From assembly GCF_009914755.1 (NCBI RefSeq), contig NC_060942.1: DNA of 64,000 nucleotides; one strand, written 5' to 3'. Position numbers and translations under genes: made by a program. Shown here piece by piece: positions 46,585-64,000 of the stretch (its first letter is position 1; each line of letters begins with the position of its first letter). The DNA is from the human T2T-CHM13v2.0 reference genome, Homo sapiens. The notes beneath the pieces are model-generated. The model was not told the DNA's origin. It saw only the letters and a program-made list of their open reading frames with translations, and made no database searches.

Positions 46585-48742
46585 GTGAGACTCTGAAGCA
46601 GGTGAAAATCTCAGCTTTATTGACAGGCTGGCACAGAGGGGGAAGAGGGTAATGCCCTATGCAATCTATCCTTTGCTACCCTTCAGTCCAGTTGCTGCCC
46701 ATTTCTCCCTTGCATGCTTCTCTCTAACCACACTCTTGGCTCTTTGGTCTTCAAACCTCCCAAGCATGCTCCCTTCTCAGGTCTTTGCACTTGCTGTTCC
46801 CTCTGCCTGGTGCTCTTCCCCTAGTTATACCTCCACAGGGCTGTTCTCTCACCTCTGTCAGTTTCATCTCCAACAGGTCTCTGTTCAAAAGCCCCCTTCT
46901 CAGAGGGCCACATGACTACCCACAGAAAACAACCTCTCCCTCTTCATTTCCCCTTTTGTATTCATCTCCTTTGCCTTTGTTGTTTCCAAGTTAATATATA
47001 TCTGTTTATTGATCTTTAGTCCCTCCCACTAGAATGCCCATGTTGTTCCCTTCAGAGCCTGGGACAGTGTCAAGAGGACAGTGTGGGGTGGGAAGAAAAG
47101 GTGACACAGAAGGAACAGTCTGGAGGGCACTGCAACACTCCAGAGGAGGCCTCATAGGGAGGGAAAAGACCTGATTTGCATGTTGAGAAGACCAGCTGGT
47201 GCCTGTGGAGCAGTTGGAAGGGGGAAGGGGTGCAAGCAGGAAGGCCACATAAGCACCTGTGTTAGCAACACTGGTGAGACAAGATGGAGGCTTGGACCAG
47301 GGTCAGAGAGAAAGTCAGGAAGCTGCAGGTATGTATTCTGGAAATAGAATAACCTGAACTAGCTGATGATTGGATAAGGAGGCTGAGGGTGAGGGGGGTT
47401 ATCAAGACATCTCTCAGGTTTCTAAAACCTAGCTTTCAGGTGATAACTCACAGATTATATACCCATATTATGGGTTATTATCTAATCTGGTTTGCTGATG
47501 ATAAATCATCTACTGAATTCTAGGAAATGTAAAGTGGGGTTGAATGTAATAGCATTGCTATTTTGTTTATTGATTGTACATGTTTCTAAGTCTTTTTATT
47601 GAATAAATCAAATGTCTGCATCCCTTGTTATCTAATCTTATCTGTACCTGAATACATGTGGAATAGCAAATTTTCCAATCTTGGGAAATTTATCCTATCT
47701 TAAGCCCCAACCAATTCCCCTTTCACCCCCGCCCATATACTAAAACAGTTAACTATATAACACTTCACTAAAGATTTATGTATAATAAAAAACCTTCAGA
47801 GTGCTGATTGCCTACCAGTTAACACAATGCACTCATTAGTGGGTAGGTCTGTGCTCAGTAGATGGTGATACTGCATGGTATCAAACCATATTGCACGTCT
47901 TTGTGCACTGCCCTGAACATATGCTGTCATGCAAGGCAGGAAATGGTATGTTAAATGCTAAAGCTACATCCAAGTTGGACCCCAGTCGTTAGTGCTCTGG
48001 GTGATAGGCAGAGGATCACTCTGGGAGTGTGAAGGGCTATACCCCCAGGAAAGCACAAAGGTGATGATGTGATGATTGTGCTTGACACAGTGGAGAATCC
48101 TGGGCCCTGGTCCCAGGATGCCTTGGAGGCTAAAGAGTGAAGCACACTCTACATCTTCTTACCAGTACTTGCACCAATGTCACCAACTTACACATTCATT
48201 TAGCACATTTTCAGTCAGAACAATACATTTTGGATAAACAAAATTCTAGAGGATTCTTGAGTTTTCAAACACCAGATTGGTAAATGCAGTACTTATATCT
48301 GTAACTCACAGGCACAGTGTTCATTTTACAAACCAAACACGTCAGTCCATGTGAGAGAAGATATTTCAATCAGGCCCATAGTGAACAAATAGGACATATT
48401 TCTGGGTTCAAGGGCTTCTGAAAGCAACATATCACTCTGGAAGTTCTCAAATTCTAAGCATTCTAAGCTTTGTGGTTCTCTGTGTCAATAATTAATAGTA
48501 AAAAGGTCTTTCCAGGAGAAATGTTGAAGCTTTTTATTTGGTCTGAAAGCTTCACATAAGCCCCAGATGGCAGGTCGTCCTGCCTTGGAAATCTCCTTGC
48601 AGCATCTGTCACTTCAGGCTGCCTTCAGGGCTCATGCAATGTTTTGTTTTATTTTATTTTGTAACCAAACTTTTTGCAATTCAGATTATTATTTAAATAA
48701 ATACTATGTAACAGTTCACTCTTTCTCTCTCTCTTTTGCCAG

Positions 48743-48867
48743 AGTAAGTACTTATGATTGTGGAGAAAAAATTTCAAGCTGGTTGTCAACATTTTTTGGC
48801 CGTCCTTGTCATTTGATCAAACAAAGTTCAAACTCTCAAAGGAATGCAAAGAAGAAACATGGAAAAG
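48743..48867 (+). CDS. MOCOS: MOCOS exon 11, 125 bp: (R)VSTYDCGEKISSWLSTFFGRPCHLIKQSSNSQRNAKKKHGK(D)
   Basis: Long pyrimidine tract plus ccag|, and donor |gtatta. DCG...WLS.FFG motif of MOSC_N. Confidence 0.95.
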
Positions 48868-49824
48868 GTATTACATTTTGAATTGGTTCGTAGAGAACAG
48901 GAACCCTGGCTTACCCTTGCACACATCAAAACAGCCCATGAACTGCACTTACGGGTGACTTGCTGATGTATGGAAAGCAGGGGTCATCAGCCTTTAGCAG
49001 AAACCTACTGCAGTAGCCCCAGGTCAGCAGGCGAAATGGGCTCCAGGATCTTCTTAAGGAGGCTGAGGAGGGCATAAAGCCAGCTGTCCAGCCTCTGCCC
49101 AAACATTCAGCCTTAGTCCTGCATGTTCAAAAGCATAATTAATCCAATTGTATTAAATAAAAACCCTAATAGCTTGCTATGTCCTCAGATTGGATCTGGA
49201 AGCAAGGAAACCTGGCTTGCTAGTTTTTAGCTCTATCACCAATCAATGGCGTGACCTTGGTGAATCCTTGAACCCCATGGTGCCTCAACTTCTATAGACC
49301 TCAGCTCCTCAGACTTTCAAAAGTTTCCACAATTTTTCCCACCTTAAGCCATTGTTAGGATGAAGTGAGGCAGTAGAGATGAAAGTACTTTGAAAGTTAA
49401 CAGTCCCAGGTGTGCAGAAAAGATCATTTTCATGTGTCCGCTCAAATGTCACCTCCTTAGGGAAGCCTGGCTGACTACCCTCTTCAGAACAGCACCCTGT
49501 ACCTGAATCTGCAGCAACGTAGCAACCTTCCCTGTCTCATTTTTCTCAGTGGCACATTTTTTTCACATTCTTCTTGCTATATATTTTGCTCACTTATTTT
49601 GTTCTGTTTTCCTTTTAGTAGATGTAAGCAATCTCTATGAGGATAGGGATTGTTGCCTGTTTTTTTCAGTGCTGTCTCCCCATGCTTAAAATAGCACCTG
49701 GCACATAGTTGCTCAATACATGGCTAGATGAATGAATGAATGATTACCAGTTTGTTCAGATATTACCTGGCCTAGTGATCAGTTCCCAGAGGAACTAGTT
49801 TGTAATCCAAATAGCATTTAGAGT

Positions 49825-54348
<4,524 letters not shown>

Positions 54349-54553
54349 TAAACAGAGTATTCTAGAATCTCCTTTTGCCTCTTTATTGAGAGATATGCAC
54401 CATGCTTAGGACATTTTTATTATTGCCAGGACATCACTTTTTTTCCCTTGTAGAAATAGTCTCTACCTTTTAAAAAAATACAAGTCTATGGAAACATGAT
54501 TCACTGGCATTCTGAGAAAGCAACTCTTCTTTTAAATGCTCCATCATTTTCAG

Positions 54554-54659
54554 ATCAACTTCCTGGTACAATGGCCACCCTTTCTCTGGTGAATGAGGCA
54601 CAGTATCTGCTGATCAACACATCCAGTATTTTGGAACTTCACCGGCAACTAAACACCAG
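54554..54659 (+). CDS. MOCOS: MOCOS exon 12, 106 bp: (D)QLPGTMATLSLVNEAQYLLINTSSILELHRQLNT(S)
   Basis: Acceptor ttttcag| and donor |gtaaga. LSLVNEAQYLLIN is typical of the MOSC domain. Confidence 0.95.
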
Positions 54660-56259
54660 GTAAGACCTCATACCTCGGGACTAGCAGACAAGCATAACCA
54701 TTTGCCACTGGGAGCAGGGCCTGGCACCTGCCTGGAGCGGAGAGATCTGAGAGTCATGAAGTTCAGCCCTGCTTCATGTACAGATGAGAAACTGAGGCCC
54801 TGAGAAGTAAGCAGGCCCTTTTGTCCAGCTTCCATTCATCTTTATAGAGGGTTATCTTTTATCTTACAAAGATCCTTTTTGATATCCTCAAGATGGTTAA
54901 TGGAGAACCCCTAGCTCTCACTGTTTAATCATTCAATTTCTTAATGTTTGTTTTAATTGAATTGCCACCAACTTGACTAACTTTTATTGCCCACCCTCCC
55001 ACTATCCCCTGTCCCCGAGGATCTCTGCCCTACTTCACACAGTCATTTTAAAGGCTAAAAAAGAGTGGTTATGAAAGCTTTTAAAGTTGTAATTGCAGGC
55101 ACACTTTATTTGAAAGACGCACCACAGATGGAATTAGCACCCCTCCCTGCCCACTCCCACCCAGTGCTCTCCCAAGGACCCTAACAGCATTGGGAGGTCA
55201 GCTCCAGAAAGGGTCATGGTTGGGCCAACCCTCTCGTTGTTCTTTAGAGCAAACTGAAGTCCCAAGGTAGCCAGGCAATGAGGAAAAATCACCCAGCTCT
55301 CATGCCACAGAGTGACTGGGACGGGCTCCTCATTCCTGGTCCACAGGCCAGAGATGAGTGTTGTTAGTGGCTCACCCCTAACAGCACTGTGAACTGGGGG
55401 TCCTGTGACTGTCTTGCACCACGTGGTCAAGTACACACACATACATATTTGCAAAGACATACAAATACAGTTTAATAAAGCTGACTAAGCCACCTCGTCC
55501 GCCTCTGCAGGGATGGGCTATTTGTAGTCACTCTTGTTTCTATCCATTGTTGAAAATATACAACATCATTCTCATACTGTGGCCCAGCTCGCTATCTTTG
55601 AGAGCAAAAGTGTGATGCAGTCACATGTTCTCTGGGTATTCACTGAGTTCTTCTGGCACTGAGGGACCCTTCTCCTCAGGCATCCAGAGTCCTGGAAAAA
55701 GTGGGTCTGCAGTTTTTTGGGGTTCTTCGTGTGGAAAGATAGGAGGTGGGGAGAGGCTTGCTGTCACCCCAGTTCCTACCAGGAGGGGCCGCGTTCCCCA
55801 CCATCTGGTTTATAGCAGGGTGGACCCGCTGGGCAGCTGATCCAAGAGCAGAGCTAGGGTCCCCTGCTAGGTATTTCTCTGTGCTTTATTTGCAAATTTG
55901 AGGGACTCTATCATGCACATGTTAACCATGATAGCTTTTGGACATAAAACATGCCCTTTTACGAAGCCCAAAGTGAGGGTTTATAACCCAGAGAGTTGAT
56001 CCAGAATCAAAGGATTTGAGGACTGGAAAAGTGCTAATCCTCTTGTTGCAGATGAGGAAATTGTGGTCCTCATAGGTTGTGGGAGTTGCCCTTAGTAAGT
56101 GGCAAAACCAGACTCAGGTATCCCGGTCTCTGGCTTTTCATACGTTGTTTGCCATTCAAAGGAGATTGGGACTCCTCCTTCCCAACCCCATAGTCTTTCA
56201 ACCCTGTCTCTGGCGCATACTCTAACCATGCCTGAGGATTTACCTCACACCAACTTAAG

Positions 56260-56622
56260 CAATTAAAAATTGATTGAAGCACAAAAAAGTGCAAAAGTCA
56301 TCAGTACACAGTTAAATACAGTTTTACAGATGTATACGGCTATGCTCCATCATTTTCAGATCAATCTCCTGGTACAACAGCCACCCTTCCTCTGTTGAAT
56401 GAGGCAAAGTATCTGCTGATAAACACATTAAGTGTTTTGGATCTTCACCAGCAACTACCACTACCTAGATCAAGCTAAGAATGTACTCCAGAAACCTCCC
56501 TTGTATCCCATCCCAGTCAGCCTCACTGAAGGTCACCACTATTCTGACTTCTTTCACCATAGCTAGTTTCACCCATTCTTCAACTTAATATGGTGGGATC
56601 ATACAGGATGTGTTCTTTTGTC
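56260..56622 (-). mobile_element. Ancient L1M 3'UTR fragment that hosts the exon-12 duplicate
   Basis: The flanks (aagtgcaaaagtcatcagtacacag...tgtatac | accactacctagatcaag...ccagaaacctccc...accactattctgacttct...catacaggatgtgttcttttgt) read as one degenerate L1M 3' end. Confidence 0.65.
56342..56457 (+). pseudogene. Diverged intragenic duplicate of MOCOS exon 12 with its acceptor (pseudo-exon)
   Basis: Ungapped hand alignment to 54536-54651 gives 103/116 identical. The acceptor ttttcag is retained and no donor was copied. Confidence 0.93.
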
Positions 56623-56746
56623 AGAGAAGTTTTAAGATGTATTTTCAGTGCGTTCTTCTGGGTGGGGGTGGGGGGTGCAGAGGGCCATTTTTTTTGGAAC
56701 CTCATGGCAATAAATAAAAATTACAAAAATAAGAGTTACAAAAATA

Positions 56747-57053
<307 letters not shown>

Positions 57054-57622
57054 GGTATCAGAAAAATAGCAGATGTTACACTGCAAATAGAATGGAAATT
57101 AGGAAATACTATCTTCTTTATTTATAATGTTTTAATACCCAAAAAAAAAAAAAGAGTGAGATCTCAACACCTGTGAAAAGAAGGGGGAAAAAAGGGAATG
57201 AGATCTCAGTGCTTCTTAGGTCTTTGATCATTAAGCCTGTTGACAGGTTTTTAAATGCCTTATGCCGCCCCACCTTATAGAACTGGTGTGTTCTCAGAAG
57301 TTCCTTTTTCACTGGAGTTCTGTTCTTCTGATTTCCAAAGTCCTTCATCTCTTCAGCTAAGATCTGCTCGCCCTTTGCCTGGCTCTTGTGGGACTCTCAC
57401 TGGAGATGGGACCGTATCCCAGGGGAGGCCCTGATGCCTGTTTAGCAGATGGGTGTCTCTTGGCCTTGCACTCATGGTAAAAGTCTGTTTTGATTATCCA
57501 GGGCACAGGCCACAGTAGAGCTGATGAAGTTAGGTGTTACATGGCAGGCATGATGAATTATTATAGTGGTACAATTATCTGCCATCCTCCCCCTACTTAC
57601 TCTTTTTGGTTGCTTTAATCAG

Positions 57623-57761
57623 TGATGAGAATGGAAAGGAGGAATTATTCTCACTGAAGGATCTCAGCTTGCGTTTTCGTGCCAATATTATTATCAATGG
57701 AAAAAGGGCTTTTGAAGAAGAGAAATGGGATGAGATTTCAATTGGCTCTTTGCGTTTCCAG
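57623..57761 (+). CDS. MOCOS: MOCOS exon 13, 139 bp: (S)DENGKEELFSLKDLSLRFRANIIINGKRAFEEEKWDEISIGSLRFQ
   Basis: Acceptor aatcag| and donor |gtaagt. RFRANI...AFEEE.W MOSC motif. Confidence 0.96.
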
Positions 57762-58778
57762 GTAAGTTTGGGGAAGTTCTATTATCCTTCCTCCAGGGTT
57801 GTCAATGAAGATTGACCTCAATCCCAGACCTGGATAGCTGCAGGTGGGACTCCCTCCCAGTCCTTGTCTCTTAACTACAAAATCTTGGTGGGAGGTTATG
57901 TAAGCTTAGCCTTCTAAGACACCCCATGGAATAATCCATCCTTTATTTCCCAAGAGGATGGTAGCAGTCAGTTTCGCACACACCACAGAAGGTGTGCGAG
58001 GGCTCGACACTGCCTCTGTGCTGTCGTTATGTCCAGACTTAAACTCTGGTTTTTTGGAATGCTTGTGTCATGAGACTGTCATCCTCCTGAAACTTGTTGG
58101 ACTTTGTGGCAGTCTGGAGCTTGTGGAGGGAGGCCCAGAAGCCTGGCGGTGCCTCTTTGCCCATGGCCACCCACTCTTCCACACGCTTCACCTTTTCTGC
58201 CTTTGCTGGTGGCTGGGAAGGAGATTGTCAGAGGCAAAGCCACCACGATGTCCTCTGTCCCTGGCTTTGGACTCCCAAAACCTTTGGCTATGGGCTTCAA
58301 AGATATGAGAAAGAGGCGAAAGGTCTTAGGCTAAAATCTGTGCTCCTCACATGGTTGACAAGGCCCTACGAGATCCCATGCTGCCACTGTCTCTGAGCTC
58401 ATCACCCCTTCCCTCTCTGCCTCTGTCACAGTGACCTTCTCTCTGTTCCCTAAACAGCCACCCTTCCTGCCTTAGCCCTTGCCATCCCTTCTGCTTGGCA
58501 TGTTGTCCAAGGGTCTCAGCTCAGATGTCACCTTCTTGGAAAGGATGCCCCTGACCTGCCGCAGGGTCACGTTCTGCTTATTCCTGCAGTGTGTGGGAGG
58601 GTGAGACCAAGTCTGTTTTATTCCCTGCTGTACCTCTATGGCCTTGAATGACACTGGCCCAGAGTCAGTGCTCAATAAGTAATTGTTGAGGGAAGAAATG
58701 GACAGAAGAGATAAGGAATATCTAATGCCAGAGAATGTGCTCTGTTCTTTAGTGGGGGCTGAAATTATTTTTATAATA

Positions 58779-59023
58779 CAGGCTGAACATCCTTAATCCA
58801 AAAATCTGAAATCTGAAATGCTCTAAAATATAAAACTTTTTGAGCACTGACATGACATTCAAAGAATATGACCACTGGAGCATTTTGGATTTCAGATTTT
58901 CAAATTAGGAATGCTCAACTGGTTAAGTATACCAGAGATATATAATGTAAATATTCCAAAATTTAAAAAAAATCTCAAAATGCTTCTGGTGTCAAGCATA
59001 TTGGATAAGGAATACTCAACCTG
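58779..59023. mobile_element. Tigger4/MER46-like TcMar MITE
   Basis: Terminal inverted repeats caggctgaacatcctt ... aaggaatactcaacctg, with TA at the left flank. Confidence 0.8.
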
Positions 59024-59796
59024 TGGTAGTGTAATTAGCCACTGGTATAAACTGACTATAACGAGCTACCTTGTATTCAGGCTCTGCACTCAGAAGGAAC
59101 ACCACTCTAACATCTAGGAAAGCAGTAAACAGTCATTTGAATCTTTATTAAAGAATTTTAGAGATCTGGGGTATAGGAAATAAATTGCATGGCACAATAA
59201 AATGTTCCAATGATGTTTTTGATGTTTTTAACTCCCTAGACTTCCTCTTACCCTGACAGTGGCTCCCCCTTGACAAGCAATCTATATTATGTCCTACATT
59301 CTCTCCCACAAGCCCATCTCAGGCACTAGCCCTCCTGCCGTTTCCCTCATCCCTCCATCCTTACTTACTCTTCCTTATTTTCTATCCCTGTGTCTCTGCC
59401 ATGTTTTTTAAAAAAATGCCTACTGTTACACATCCTGCTGGGAACAAAATAGACACTAAATATACATTATCAAATAGGTGGAGAGTGAGAGGAAGAAAGG
59501 AAGAAAAAAAAGGGAAGAGAACTAGAACTAGACTGAGATTACTCTCAGAAACTTACCTGGCAACAGTAGCACCTGTGCCTCTCCAGGTATCTCGAGACAT
59601 AAATATAAGGAAGACTCTTTAAGGAACCTTTCTGAGATGACTTAGCAGGCTTTGCTTTCTTTAGGTCACCATTCTTAATAGACCACAACTAGTAAAAATC
59701 AAAATATGCATGCCCTTTGACTCAATAATTTCACTTGTAGAAATCTATCCCATAGAAACGCTAATACAAGTATTAAAATAAGTATAAAATTATTTT

Positions 59797-61795
<1,999 letters not shown>

Positions 61796-62389
61796 GGTAA
61801 AAGAAAATAGTGTCCAGAAAATGCCCCTTTCTTCTGCTAGTTTGAGAAACTGTTCTAAGAGGGCCTTTCATTGAAGTGACAGGATTTTTACAGAAGTTGT
61901 TGCCTGTCGGGTGGCTGCTAGAGGCTGGGGCTGGTGCAAGCTGCAGGGCCCTGGCATCCTTTCTGCAGGAGCTGGCCCCATGCATCAGCTGTTTTCTAGG
62001 CAAAGAGGTAAGAGGTAAGAGGGTGTAGGAGCCACACTGGCTCCTCGAGGACACAGCTTTGTGGCGTTACAAAAGCCTCGTTCCACTGCAGGGATCCTCG
62101 TGTATAATAGTGATAGTTTCCAGTCTCGAGCACGGTCAAGTGCCAGGCCTGGGCTTGAGTCCTTGTATCCCTGATGTAGTTCTCACCAAATACAGCCAAG
62201 AATCTAGACAAGGAAACGATATCTGGAGAGGTCACAGGTTTGCCAAGTCCTTGGTAGAGCTCCTTTCCAGCAAGTTCTGGGTGCTTACGTGGCCTGGGAA
62301 TCTTGACTTCGGTACCACAGGGAGCATATATTTCCACTGATTTAGTACCCAGTGCAGAATGTGAGCGTCAACCTAAAAAAAAAAATTAG

Positions 62390-62468
62390 AGCTTTGTACA
62401 GTGCCAGTATCAGAGCCAATGAGGTTTTTCTGAGGTGTGATTATTGCTAATTGAAAACTTTTCCCAAT
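62390..62468 (+). pseudogene. 3'-truncated U4 snRNA retropseudogene (about the first 79 nt of U4) followed by an A-rich tail
   Basis: agctttgtacagtgccagtatcagagccaatgaggtttttctgaggtgtgattattgctaattgaaaacttttcccaat closely matches the U4 5' half (AGCTTTGCGCAGTGGCAGTATCGTAGCCAATGAGG...GCTAATTGAAAACTTTTCCCAAT), with CpG decay. The Sm site and 3' stem-loop are absent. Confidence 0.92.
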
Positions 62469-62524
62469 TAAAAACAAAAACAAAATAAAATTTAAAAAAC
62501 ACACCAGAGAAAATGATCTCCTAA

Positions 62525-63022
62525 TGTGACGAATTTATTCAGGAGTAAGCAAAAAGGATTATAAACTAGGATGCATAGCTATGGCAAGCCACAGGTGCAC
62601 CTGAAGAGGAGAGAGTAAGGGAAAGCTTTTATTGGCAAAAATAAATTCATACAAGCTGCTTGAAAACAGAATTTATTGGTTCCTGGGGCTCACAGCCAGA
62701 ATTGGCATCAGTTCATTGGTGGAGACGCTGTTACTGGGCAAATGTTCCTTTAAGAGCATCTTATCTGAACTGCTGCAGTCCTGAAGAATGTCTAGTGATA
62801 AACCCTGTCTAGAAATACGTGCATACATGCAAGACATGGATCATGAAAAGCATGAGATGCATGAAGGACATGGAGGAATTTCTTGTGGGATTATTTTAGA
62901 AAGTCCTTGAGACAGTCGTTATCTCAGAAATGCAAGCATGAACTCCCTGCCTTCGTGCCATCCTGGCTCCAATTTCTTCGGGTCTAATCAGTGATTTCAT
63001 CCTGGTATCTGCAACTTTCACA
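62525..63022 (-). mobile_element. Probable ERV1-class solo LTR (~500 bp)
   Basis: TG...CA termini (tgtgaaagttg... / ...ttcgtcaca on -) and AATAAA on - about 100 bp from the 3' end. No clean TSD. Confidence 0.55.
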
Positions 63023-63754
63023 CCAGTAACAGGAACAGGCCAAGACACATCCAGATTAGGTGAGTGTTTCTAATTTCAGTGCATAATTTGTATTTGCCCG
63101 TGAATGAGCTGAGGAGAAAATGGTTATGAGAAAATAGTTTTAAGAAAATCAAGTACCTTTGCACTTTTTACATGTGCAATAAAAGAAGCATCTCGTTATT
63201 GCTGAGCTGCATGCTTTCTTTTTGATGTTTATATTATGGGGGATTTTAAGCTCCACCAGACAGTATGACCTGTATTAAGAAATTGTAACAATGCGTTTTA
63301 AGTATTGTGTATGTGTGGCATGTAGGCGTGGGTACGTATGGATATATATATATATATGCATACAGATATGTATATTAAAAATAATTTTGTTTCCTACTTA
63401 TTACAGTTACAAAAACAATTCCCCATTTTATTTAAAGGTTTTTATAGATTCCTTTTAATACGTGCATGATATAATTTTAATGCCTGAACCATATACATCA
63501 TATATATGTAGCATGGTTTACTTAACCATTTCTCTCCACTATATGACGTTAATGATGTTAACAAGTTTTTCCTATTATGAACAATGTGAGGATAAATCTT
63601 TGTCCATGACTGTGGTTGGGCTTCTCGTTCCTTTCTTAGGTTGGATTTTTAGATGTGAAGTTGCTGGGTCAGCGGGCATTGACACATGAAAGTTCTCTCT
63701 GATGACCTTCTCACAGGGGCCAGCGCTGGCTCTGCGACCTCCTCCTCCTCTTTC

Positions 63755-64000
63755 TTCTTTCTTGCTCTGTTGCCCAGGCTGCAGTGCAGTGGTGCGTTCT
63801 TGGCTTACTGCCACCTCCGCCTCCCGGGTTCAAGTGATTCTTCTTCCTCAGCCTCCTGGGTAGATGGGATTACAGGCATGCATCACCACGCCTGGGTAAT
63901 TTTTGTATTTTTAGTAGAGACAGGGTTTTGTCATGATGTCCAGGCTGGTCCTGAACTCCTGGCCTCAAGTGAACAGTCCGCCTCTGCCTCCCGAAGTGTT
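63755..64000 (-). mobile_element. Alu, truncated by the window end
   Basis: Reverse-complement Alu consensus. Confidence 0.9.

Overview
This is eukaryotic DNA, almost certainly human: it is Alu/L1-dense, CpG-depleted and spliced. The whole window lies inside the MOCOS gene (molybdenum cofactor sulfurase) on the + strand. Nine consecutive coding exons, which I number 5-13 from recall, splice through AG/GT junctions into one open frame of 1468 nt. They cover the end of the NifS-like cysteine desulfurase domain (RTGCFCN motif), a linker, and the MOSC_N/MOSC region. The rest is intron filled with retroelements. The 28.7-kb intron between 17818 and 46505 holds a four-level nest: old L1MA > full-length L1PB > THE1-type LTR provirus > young full-length L1PA2/3 with an intact ORF1. 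A 3'-truncated U4 snRNA pseudogene lies near the end. The most notable unexplained structure is a ~89%-identical, indel-free copy of exon 12 plus its splice acceptor, inserted 1.8 kb downstream inside an old L1 and followed by a stop and AATAAA. Also notable are an L1 antisense promoter aimed at an exon that opens with an in-frame ATG, and a rare GAG acceptor. I found no convincing new multi-gene system. Almost all ORFs in the supplied track are repeat-derived noise. Repeat subfamily names and boundaries are by eye and approximate.
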